A program made the position numbers and the translations under genes. From NCBI RefSeq assembly GCF_004353825.1, contig NZ_SMNA01000021.1:1-40111 (forward strand): a stretch of DNA of 40,111 bases, given 5' to 3'. The notes beneath the pieces were generated by a model. The model was not told the origin of the DNA. It saw only the letters and a list, made by a program, of their open reading frames with translations, and did no database searches. Position 1 is the first letter of the stretch. Every line of letters begins with the position of its first letter. The DNA comes from Occultella glacieicola (GTDB lineage: Bacteria > Actinomycetota > Actinomycetes > Actinomycetales > Beutenbergiaceae). Positions 1-8,130 of this stretch are shown one piece after another.

Positions 1-1
1 G

Positions 2-145
2 CCCTCCGGCTCCCCGGTCCCGCCGCCCCCCGGTTCCCCGGTGCCGCCACCACCCTCCGGCGCCCCGCTGCCCCCGCCGTCGGGCCCGCCGGTGCCGCCG
101 CCACCGTCCGCTCCGCCGTCACCGTCCGCTCCGCTGCCGCCGCCA
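2..145 (+). repeat. Degenerate coding tandem repeat (PPPPSGxPx / PPPSAP units)
   Basis: Recurring ccg/ccc-rich units translate to PSGSPVPPPPGSPVPPPPSGAPLPPPSGPPVPPPPSAPP. Confidence 0.7.
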
Positions 146-757
146 CGGTTGTCCGAGCGGATCCAGGGTGGTCCCGCCGAGCCGGCCCGCGCGCCCCTGC
201 CACCGGCCGCGCCGGCCAGGCCGCAGACGGCGAAGGAGCGGGCCGCGGAGAAGGCCGCCGGGGTCAAGGAGCGCCCCCAGGACTACGTGCAGGGCTTCCG
301 CTGCTCGCGTAAGCACCTCAACGACCCGCGGGTCTCGTTCTGCCGCGTGTGCGGCATCCGGATGGACCAGATGACCGGGGTGCTGGTCGAGGAGCGGCGT
401 CCGCCGCTGGGCCTGCTGGTGCTGGACGTCGGCGCCACGTTCGTCCTGGACGACAACTACGTGCTCGGCCGCAACCCCGACTCGGACCCCGCCGTCCGGG
501 AGGGCGTGCTGCGTCCGATCCGGCTCGACGACACCTCCGGTGCCCTCTCGCGGGTGCACGCCGAGATCCGACTGTCCGGTTGGGACGTCGTGCTGATCGA
601 CCGGGGTTCGGCCAACGGCACCTACGTGGCCGCCTCGGACGAGCAGTCCTGGCAGCGGCTCACGCCGAACCAGCATTTCGTGCTCACCCCGGGCACCCAC
701 GTGCGGGTGGGGCAGCGGACGTTCACGTTCGAGTCCTCGGCGGCCCGGTTCAGCTGA
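2..757 (+). CDS. FHA-domain protein with Pro-rich linker and Zn-ribbon (5'-truncated by window edge)
   Basis: Frame is open from base 2. Contains PPPSGxP repeats, C-x3-H...C-x2-C (FRCSRKHLNDPRVSFCRVCG), and FHA motifs LGR, SRVHA, DRGSANGT. Confidence 0.9.
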   Translation, partial: PSGSPVPPPPGSPVPPPPSGAPLPPPSGPPVPPPPSAPPSPSAPLPPPRLSERIQGGPAEPARAPLPPAAPARPQTAKERAAEKAAGVKERPQDYVQGFRCSRKHLNDPRVSFCRVCGIRMDQMTGVLVEERRPPLGLLVLDVGATFVLDDNYVLGRNPDSDPAVREGVLRPIRLDDTSGALSRVHAEIRLSGWDVVLIDRGSANGTYVAASDEQSWQRLTPNQHFVLTPGTHVRVGQRTFTFESSAARFS

Positions 758-781
758 CGGCCGCAGGGTTGGGCGGAGCGG

Positions 782-2935
782 TCAGGGTCGCGGCGACCCC
801 GCCGGTTCCACGTCGGACGCCCCCGCCGGCCCCGGGCCGTCGGTCCCGGAGGTGACCAGCGTGCCGAGGGCCTCGGTGAGTTCCGCGTCGACGACGTCCT
901 GACCTGCCCAGACCGTCAACATCGCGGCGGGCACCCGGTCGCCTCCGCCCGCCACCGTGCCGGCACCCGTGGCCAGACCGGCGGATGCGACCCGCGCGGC
1001 CGCAGCGACGCCGTCGGCCTCGCTCCGGTCCACCACGCGGTAGGCGAGCCCGTCGGCCCGGAGCGCGGCCAGGGCGGCGCCGTAGCGCCGGGCCAGCCGG
1101 CCGCCGTCGGGAAGGTGCAGCAGGAGTTCCGCCCCCCGCGCGCGGGCGATGGCGGCGCCGGTGAGTACGGCGCCTCGGCCGTCGGCGTCCCCGCCGGCGA
1201 GGACCAGCACCGGGGCGTCGGCGGCGGCGTCCGCCTCGGGCAGGCGGACCGCGACGACACTGAACCGGTGCGTTCCCGGATCGGCCCCGTCCGCCATCCC
1301 GGGAGCATGCGCCGCGAGCCAGTCCGCGTCCACGAGCAGCACGGCGGCCTCCGCGGTCTCCGCCTGTAGGAGCAGGTCCGCCCATGGGTCGCTGCTGAAC
1401 CGGGACAGCACCGTGGCCCGGGCCCCGGTCGCGTGCACCCGGGCGGCGAGGGCGTTCAGGTCCTCCACCGTGCCTGCCATCCGGGTGAGGTCGCCGGAGA
1501 TCCCGGCACCGAGTTCCAGGGGCGCCTGCTCGCGCACCACGAGCCTGCTCAGCACCAGGGCGCCGGGCCGGCCGGTACCGAGGAGGCCGGCGGCGGCCGC
1601 CGCCATCCGGTCCGCCCGGGATGGCTCGTCCACGAGGACCAGGACCCGGTAGGACTCGTCCAGGCCGAGTGCGGCCCGCTCGGCAGCGGCGATGTCCTTG
1701 GCGATCGCGCGGTCCGGGTACACGCGGCGCAGCAGCGGCCCGGTCATCATCGTGGTCAGCACCGCCATCAGCACGAGCAGCGTGAACAGCTCGCCGTCGA
1801 GGACGCCGAGCTGCCGGCCTATCTGCAGGATCACCAGCTCGGTCAGCCCACGGGTGTTCATCAGCACGCCCAGGGCGGTCGCCTGCCGGTTCGGGACCTT
1901 CATGAGCCGCGCGGCGCCGAACGCCCCGACGAACTTGCCACCGACGGCGACGAGCATGATCAGGCCGAGCTGCCACAGGCCGGACGCGGTGATGCCGCCG
2001 ATGTCGGTGCTCAGCCCGGTGACCACGAAGAACAGCGGGAGCAGGAGCAGGACGCTGACCTGTTCGAGGCGCTCGAGGATCTCCTCGGTGAACTCCGCGG
2101 CGTCCTGGCGGGGCATGATCGCGCCGAAGATGAACGCGCCGAAGATGGCGTGGATGCCGATCATGTCGGTCACGAACGAGGAGGCGAGGACGCCGATCAG
2201 CACGATGGCGAGCAGGTCGGGCGTGAGCCGGCCGGCCCGGCGGTAGCCGCCCACGAGGCGCTTCAGCAGGGGCCGGACGATGCCGAACATGACGGCCGCG
2301 AAGGCGGCGGTGAGCACCACGATCCGGATCACGTCCGCGGGTCCGTCGCCCTGCACCACGGCCACCACGAACGCGAGCAGCGTCCAGGCCAGGATGTCGT
2401 CGACGGCGGCGCACGCGAGCGCGAGCACACCGGTGGAGGTGCGGTGCATGCCACGGTCGGTGAGGATCCGGGCCAGCACCGGGAACGCCGTGATCGACAT
2501 CGCGACGCCGAGGAACAGCGCCAGGCCGAGGAGCGGGACCTCACCCTGGTCGGTCTCGTCGTGGAACGGGTACAGCACCAGGGACAGGCCGGCGCCCAGC
2601 GCGAACGGCAGGATCACCGAGCTCAGCGAGATCGTGCCGGCGAGCTTCTCCCGGCCCCGCACCAGTTTCATGTCGAGCTCGAGGCCCACGATGAACATGA
2701 ACAGCACCAGACCGAGCTGGGCCAGCAGGTCGAGGTAGGGCAGGATCTCCGGCGGGAACAGCTTGGTGTCCAGGTCGCCCGGCAGCAGACCCAGGACGCT
2801 TGGCCCCAGTGCGATGCCGGCGATGATCTCACCGACCACCGGCGGCTGGTGGACCTTGCCGGCGAGCCGGGCGAACAGCCGCGCGACCACAATGATGACG
2901 GCGATCGCCAGGAATACGTGCGCCGCGATGTGCAT
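782..2935 (-). CDS. CPA2-family cation:proton antiporter with long C-terminal cytoplasmic (USP-like) region
   Basis: Motifs QPPVVGEIIAGIALGPS, LFMFIVGLELD, MSITAFPVLARIL, AAVDD, LMNTRGLTEL, and many hydrophobic helices. ATG at 2935 is preceded by GAGGGG. Confidence 0.9.
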   Translation of the reverse strand: MHIAAHVFLAIAVIIVVARLFARLAGKVHQPPVVGEIIAGIALGPSVLGLLPGDLDTKLFPPEILPYLDLLAQLGLVLFMFIVGLELDMKLVRGREKLAGTISLSSVILPFALGAGLSLVLYPFHDETDQGEVPLLGLALFLGVAMSITAFPVLARILTDRGMHRTSTGVLALACAAVDDILAWTLLAFVVAVVQGDGPADVIRIVVLTAAFAAVMFGIVRPLLKRLVGGYRRAGRLTPDLLAIVLIGVLASSFVTDMIGIHAIFGAFIFGAIMPRQDAAEFTEEILERLEQVSVLLLLPLFFVVTGLSTDIGGITASGLWQLGLIMLVAVGGKFVGAFGAARLMKVPNRQATALGVLMNTRGLTELVILQIGRQLGVLDGELFTLLVLMAVLTTMMTGPLLRRVYPDRAIAKDIAAAERAALGLDESYRVLVLVDEPSRADRMAAAAAGLLGTGRPGALVLSRLVVREQAPLELGAGISGDLTRMAGTVEDLNALAARVHATGARATVLSRFSSDPWADLLLQAETAEAAVLLVDADWLAAHAPGMADGADPGTHRFSVVAVRLPEADAAADAPVLVLAGGDADGRGAVLTGAAIARARGAELLLHLPDGGRLARRYGAALAALRADGLAYRVVDRSEADGVAAAARVASAGLATGAGTVAGGGDRVPAAMLTVWAGQDVVDAELTEALGTLVTSGTDGPGPAGASDVEPAGSPRP

Positions 2936-3071
2936 GCCGGTTGACCCCTCGCTGCCCGGATTGGCGTTGACGATCCCTCGTGAGGCCGGGACCCTCCCGA
3001 TAGACTTCCGCTGATCTGCCACGAATGCTATGGGGTCCGTAACCCACCGAGTCGACGTTTGGGGAAGTCAC

Positions 3072-3896
3072 ATGTCGTTGCACGATCGGTCGGTCCGAGA
3101 TGTGCCGGTCCTCGCGGACTTCGAGGTGGTGCGGCCGATCGGGGACGGCAACCACGGCCAGTTCTTCCTGGCCAGGCCGCCGGCTCGGCTGGGCATCGCG
3201 GACGAGTTCGTCGCCGTCAAGGTGTTCGCCGGGCAGGTGACCGAGGACGCCTACCGGCGTGGCGCCCGGGAGCTGCGCGCGTTCGCGACCGTGGACTCGC
3301 CCTACCTGGCGACCGTCTACGACGCGGTCCTGGACGACCGGTTCTTCTACGCGATGGAGTACTTCCCGCTCGGGTCGCTGGCGAGCCCGGCGCAGCCACT
3401 CGACCACGACCGGGTGCTGACCGTCCTCGAGCACGCCGCACTCGCCGTCGACGCGCTGCACGAAGCCGGGCTGGCCCACGGCGACGTGAAACCCGCCAAC
3501 GTGATGGTCACCGAGACCGGCGGAAAGGTGTCCGACCTCGGACTGGCCCGGGTTTTCGCGGCCGGTGCGGCGCTGACCGGGATGGCGCCGGAGACGTCCG
3601 TGGAGTTCGTCGACCCGGAGCTGCTGCTGGGTGAGCCGCCATCGCGCGCCACCGACATCTGGGGGCTGGGCGCCACCGCGCACCGGGTGCTGTCCGGCAC
3701 CGGCCTGTACGGCGACCTACCTGAGAACCAGCCGCTGCTGGCGATCCGCACGGTCCTGAAGGCCGACGGCCCGACCGTGTCCGAGCGGCTGCCGGTGGCC
3801 GAGGCCGACGTGGTCCGGCGCTGCCTGGCGCCACTGGGGGAGCGGTACGAGACGGCCGCGGAGGTCGCCGCCGCGATCGCGGTCCTGCGCGGCTGA
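3072..3896 (+). CDS. Short soluble Hanks-type Ser/Thr protein kinase (non-RD)
   Basis: G-loop GDGNHG, VAVK, HGDVKPAN, DLG, FVDPE, DIWGLG. No TM segment. ATG at 3072 follows GGGGAAG. Confidence 0.9.
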   Translation: MSLHDRSVRDVPVLADFEVVRPIGDGNHGQFFLARPPARLGIADEFVAVKVFAGQVTEDAYRRGARELRAFATVDSPYLATVYDAVLDDRFFYAMEYFPLGSLASPAQPLDHDRVLTVLEHAALAVDALHEAGLAHGDVKPANVMVTETGGKVSDLGLARVFAAGAALTGMAPETSVEFVDPELLLGEPPSRATDIWGLGATAHRVLSGTGLYGDLPENQPLLAIRTVLKADGPTVSERLPVAEADVVRRCLAPLGERYETAAEVAAAIAVLRG

Positions 3897-3904
3897 GTTC
3901 CCGG

Positions 3905-6340
3905 TCAGAACGGGGCGCTCAGCCACCACACCCGGCGGATGTCGAGCCGGTCGCGGTCGGGCCACCACGCGGCCACCAGGTACTCGGTGCGGTCGGGGTT
4001 GGCGAACGTGGTGTAGAGGAAGCCGGGGTCGGTCACCCCGTCCTGGCTGCCGTACTCGTTGCCGGCCGGGTCGTCCGGGGCCGAGTCGTAGAACCATTCC
4101 TGGGTGTACCAGCCCTGGTTGGTGACGCCGTCGTCGGTGAACGCGGCGAGGGCGTCCGTCGAGGTGAAGTGCATCAGGGAGTAGACCAGGCCGTTCGGCT
4201 GGGTGCAGGTGATCACGGCGTCGACGGCGTCGGGCTGGTCGAGGTGTTCGGAGGGGCCGACGGCACAGTTCGAGTCGTTCGGACCGGTCAGGTTCGGTCC
4301 CTCGGGAACCAGGTTGGGGAACGGGGTGCGCATGAAGTCGGCATCGCCCCAGCTGCCGGGGTCCGGCGGTGCCTCGGCGACGACGGGGGTGCTCTCGTCC
4401 GAGGTCTCGCCCTCGGCGCCGACGGCGCGCACGGTGTACTCCTGGCCGGTGGGGGCGTCGTCGACGTACTCGCGCGCGGTGCCCTCGTAGAGCAGGTCGC
4501 CGTCCCGGTACAGCTCGTACCCGGTGGCGTCGGTGACCGAGCTCCAGTTCACCACCGTGTCGCCGTCGTCGTTCACCGTGACGGTCACGGTCTCGGGGGC
4601 CGCGAGGGTGTCGTCATCGCCGCCGCCGCCGAAGCCGCCGTTGGCGGCGATCACGATGAGCGCGATGATGGCGACCAGGGCCACCGCGAATCCCGTGATC
4701 ATGCCGGGGTTCGGTCCGCGGCGGATCGGGACCTTGTGCGCCGCGGTGTGGATACCGGTGTTCTGGGAGGACGGCGTCGCAGGTGCGGAGAGGTAGCTCG
4801 GCATGGCACCGGTGTTCTGCCGGTTCGGGCTCACCCCGGTCGGCATCGGGCCGGTGGGCATCGACCCGGTCGGCATGCCGACGGGACTCGGGACCGGTGG
4901 GGGCATCGACGAGGTGGGGTGCGGGCCGCTGTTGCCCCCGCCGCCCTGACCGATCGGGCCAATGGTGGCGTTCGGGGACCAGCTCCGGTTGCCGGGCGCG
5001 TTGTTGGCGCGCAGGTACGCGGCCGGGGCGGCGGCCGTGACGTGCCATGGTGAGATCCGGGCCAGCCGCGGTGCGATCTGGTCCAGCACCAGCGGGTGCC
5101 GGGAGCCCTGGTGCTCGTAGGCAACCGTCCAGGTCCGGTCGCCGGCACCGACGGTGATCTCCTCGAGGTAGTCACCGGTGATCTGCCGCTCCAGCGGCAG
5201 CCGGGGTGGCAGGTCGAAGAACCGGGCCTCGTGCAACAGCGCCTCGAGTGCCGTCCGGTCGGCCATCGGCACGTTCCGGGTGTCGACCGGGCCGACCTCC
5301 TGGCTCTGCCGGCCGTCGGCGAAGTAGCGGCGCACGGTCAGGGCGAACGGTGGCCGGGGGCCGGTGTGCGCCCGGCTCGGCGTCGGGGTCGGGTGCGGGC
5401 TGCCGGGCTGCCCGCCGGGGGCCGGGGTGCGGGTCGGCTGGGCGGGCTGCAACACGGTCGCGGTGTCGGCCTGTTCCGTCAGCGACTTGAGCGCGGCCGC
5501 CGCGGCGCGGCTGAGGGCACGGCAGCTCTGGTAGCGGTCCTCGGGCTTCTTGGCCATCGCCTTGGCGACCACGGCGTCGAAGCCGGTGCCGAGCCCGGGC
5601 CGTGCCTCGGACGGCTTCGGCGGCTCCTGGGTCAGGTGCGCCGTCATCTTCGCGAACGGCGAGTCGGCGACGAACGGGACGCTGCCGGTGAGCAGTTCGT
5701 AGAGCACGCAGCCGAGCGCGTAGACGTCCACCTGGTGGCCGAGCGTGCGGGCCTCGATCTGCTCGGGGGAGGCGTACGCGAGCGTGGCGAGCATGTTGCC
5801 GGTGCCGGTGAGGTTGTTGTCCCGGTCGTCGATGGCCTTGGCGATCCCGAAGTCGGTCAGCAGGACCTGATCCGGCTCCTCCGGGTCGTCGGGGTCCAGG
5901 CCGGGTGCGAGCAGGATGTTCGCCGGCTTGACGTCCCGGTGCAGCAGGCCGGCCCGGTGCGCGAAGTCGAGGCCGTTGCCGACCTCGGTGACGATGTGCA
6001 CGACCCGTGCCGGGTCGAGGCCGCCACCGGATTCCTGTACCGCGTGGGCGGCGTCGGTGCCCTCGACGTACTGCATCGCGATCCACAGCTGACCCTCGAA
6101 CTCGCCACGGTCGTAGACGGCGACGATGTTGCGGTGGAAGAGCTGGGCGGCGAGGTCCGCCTCACGTTCGAACCGGGTACGGAAGCTCTCGTCCGAGGAC
6201 AGGGACGTACTGAGCATCTTGAGTGCGTCCCGGCGCGGCAGTCTCGGGTGCTTGGCCAGGTACACCGAGCCCATGCCGCCACGCCCGAGTTCGCGCTCGA
6301 TCGTGTAGCCAGCGAAGACCTGGCCAGGCTCGAAACCCAC
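3905..6340 (-). CDS. Membrane Ser/Thr protein kinase (kinase - emfourin-like insert - Pro-rich linker - TM - Fn3-like - C-terminal ectodomain)
   Basis: GRGGMGSVY, ALK, HRDVKPAN, DFG, YASPE, DVYALG. TM segment MITGFAVALVAIIALIVIAA. Fn3-like segment APETV...VNW...GYELYRDG...YTVRAV. Confidence 0.93.
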   Translation of the reverse strand: MGFEPGQVFAGYTIERELGRGGMGSVYLAKHPRLPRRDALKMLSTSLSSDESFRTRFEREADLAAQLFHRNIVAVYDRGEFEGQLWIAMQYVEGTDAAHAVQESGGGLDPARVVHIVTEVGNGLDFAHRAGLLHRDVKPANILLAPGLDPDDPEEPDQVLLTDFGIAKAIDDRDNNLTGTGNMLATLAYASPEQIEARTLGHQVDVYALGCVLYELLTGSVPFVADSPFAKMTAHLTQEPPKPSEARPGLGTGFDAVVAKAMAKKPEDRYQSCRALSRAAAAALKSLTEQADTATVLQPAQPTRTPAPGGQPGSPHPTPTPSRAHTGPRPPFALTVRRYFADGRQSQEVGPVDTRNVPMADRTALEALLHEARFFDLPPRLPLERQITGDYLEEITVGAGDRTWTVAYEHQGSRHPLVLDQIAPRLARISPWHVTAAAPAAYLRANNAPGNRSWSPNATIGPIGQGGGGNSGPHPTSSMPPPVPSPVGMPTGSMPTGPMPTGVSPNRQNTGAMPSYLSAPATPSSQNTGIHTAAHKVPIRRGPNPGMITGFAVALVAIIALIVIAANGGFGGGGDDDTLAAPETVTVTVNDDGDTVVNWSSVTDATGYELYRDGDLLYEGTAREYVDDAPTGQEYTVRAVGAEGETSDESTPVVAEAPPDPGSWGDADFMRTPFPNLVPEGPNLTGPNDSNCAVGPSEHLDQPDAVDAVITCTQPNGLVYSLMHFTSTDALAAFTDDGVTNQGWYTQEWFYDSAPDDPAGNEYGSQDGVTDPGFLYTTFANPDRTEYLVAAWWPDRDRLDIRRVWWLSAPF

Positions 6341-6409
6341 CCTGCTCCATCCCCTTGAACGGTCGTGCGACGAATGCCCGGCTCACCCTATCGGAGAGCG
6401 GGGCGGCAG

Positions 6410-7210
6410 TCAGACGCGCGGGGCGTCGATCCCGGCCGCCGCGGTGTCCAGGAGCCAGAGGGTCACGTCCCGCCCACGCACGGCGCCGGCCGGCGCCTCG
6501 CGCACGTCGGCGGCACCGCCGAGGGCGCGGCGGACCGCCTCGGCCTTCTCCGCGCCGGCGACCACGAGCCAGACCTGGCGGGCGCCCGCGAGTGCCTCGA
6601 ACGTCAACGAGATCCGGTCCGGTGGGGGCTTGGGCGAGTCGTGCACGGCGACGGCGGTGGTCCCGGTGGCGGCCAGCGCGGGGTGGCCGGGGAACAGCGA
6701 AGCGACGTGGGCGTCGGGGCCCATGCCGAGCAGGACCACGTCGAACGTTGGCGACCGCTCGTCGTCGGGGCCGGCGGCGGCGGCCAGCTCGGTGGCGTAC
6801 GCGGCGGCGCCGTCCTCCGCGGTCGCGGCGTCCTCGGTCGCGGCCATCGGGTGCACGTTGCGCGCCGGGATCGGCAGGTGGTCGATCAGGGCCGCACGTG
6901 CCTGGCCCTCGTTGCGCTCGGAGTCCGCGCGCGGCACGAACCGCTCGTCGCCCCACCACAGGTGCACCCCGGTCCAGTCCACGATGGCGGCCAGCGGCGA
7001 GTGCCGGGCCCGCTCGAGCAGGCGGATCCCGACGGTGCCTCCGGTGAGCGCCACGTGCACCGGGTGACGCACGGCCTGGGCGTCGAGGATCGCCAGGAGC
7101 AGCCGAGCCGCGGTCGCCTCGGCGAGCGCCGCAGCGTCGGGGTGCACGACGACGGCGCGCTCGGGTCCGTGCTGGTGGGCCGAACTGCGCACCTCCGGCT
7201 CCCGGGTCAC
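6410..7210 (-). CDS. pgl: 6-phosphogluconolactonase
   Basis: ALTGG, WWGDERFVP, LLGMGPDAHVASLFP, DSPKPPPDRISLT. GTG start overlaps the opcA stop (GTGA). Confidence 0.95.
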   Translation of the reverse strand: MTREPEVRSSAHQHGPERAVVVHPDAAALAEATAARLLLAILDAQAVRHPVHVALTGGTVGIRLLERARHSPLAAIVDWTGVHLWWGDERFVPRADSERNEGQARAALIDHLPIPARNVHPMAATEDAATAEDGAAAYATELAAAAGPDDERSPTFDVVLLGMGPDAHVASLFPGHPALAATGTTAVAVHDSPKPPPDRISLTFEALAGARQVWLVVAGAEKAEAVRRALGGAADVREAPAGAVRGRDVTLWLLDTAAAGIDAPRV

Positions 7211-8130
7211 TCCGCGGCCACCTTCGGCAGGCCCTTGACGAGGGTGCGTGCGTAGACCTCGTCCGGGTCCAGTCGGCGCAGGTCCTCCATCAGGCAGTCG
7301 GCGATCGGGCGCTTGGCCATCGCGATCTGCTGATCGGGGCGCCCGGCCTGGGTGACGGTCACGACCGCGCTGCCCTCGGGGCGTCGCATCGAGATGGAGC
7401 TGGTCCGTCGCTCCAGGTCGAGCCCGGTGATCGCGGTGGCGCCCGGGTCGTGCTCGATCGTCACCGGAGCCTTCAGGCTCGACGCGAGCCAGGCCGCGAA
7501 CAGATGCGTGGACGGGCGGTCCTGGCTGCCCAGCACGCGCACCGACCGCACCGGCTCGAACGGCGGTTCGTCCAACGAGGCCGCGGCCAGTCCGCGCCAC
7601 AGGGTGGTGCGGGCCCAGGACAGGTCCGTGTCGCCCGGGGCGTAGGTGTCGGCCAGGCCGGCGAGTTCCTCGATCGGCGTGTCGCAGGTCCCCACGTCGC
7701 TGATCCGGCGCTGTGCCATGGCGCCGAGCGGGTCGGCGGACATGTTCTCCGGCGGGTCGTGCGGCCACCACACCACGATCGGTGCGTCCGGGAGCAGCAG
7801 CGGGACCACGAGGGTGTCCACCGTGTGGCGGGCATCGCCGAGCGGGCGCAGCAGGACGACGTCGCTCGCCCCGGCGTCGCCGCCGACCCGGATCTCGGCG
7901 TCCAGGCCCGCGGAGTCGCCGTCGTCGCCCGGGTCGACCACGATCACCCGGCACGGGTGCTCCCGGCTGGCGTCGTTGGCGGCCGCGACGGCCGCCTCCA
8001 CGGAGTCACCGGTCGCGACGATGACGAGGGTCAGCACCCGCCCGAGGGCCACGGCTCCACCCTCCTCGCGCAGCTCCACGAGCTTCGCGCCGATGGCCGA
8101 ACTGGTGGTGTTCTCGAGGCTGATGATCAT
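7207..8130 (-). CDS. opcA: Glucose-6-phosphate dehydrogenase assembly protein OpcA
   Basis: LGRVLTLVIV, SREHPCRVIV, PLLLPDAPIVVWWP, YAPGDTDLSW, DLRRLDPDEVY. ATGA overlap with zwf. Confidence 0.93.
   Translation of the reverse strand: MIISLENTTSSAIGAKLVELREEGGAVALGRVLTLVIVATGDSVEAAVAAANDASREHPCRVIVVDPGDDGDSAGLDAEIRVGGDAGASDVVLLRPLGDARHTVDTLVVPLLLPDAPIVVWWPHDPPENMSADPLGAMAQRRISDVGTCDTPIEELAGLADTYAPGDTDLSWARTTLWRGLAAASLDEPPFEPVRSVRVLGSQDRPSTHLFAAWLASSLKAPVTIEHDPGATAITGLDLERRTSSISMRRPEGSAVVTVTQAGRPDQQIAMAKRPIADCLMEDLRRLDPDEVYARTLVKGLPKVAAE

Noticed and set aside
7211..7954. Apparent 248-aa N-terminal extension of Pgl, and similar extensions on LacI, Cmk, PIG-L and Tkt
   Set aside because: These overlap upstream genes or intergenic DNA in low-complexity frames. 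The true starts are marked by stop/start overlaps or SD sites.
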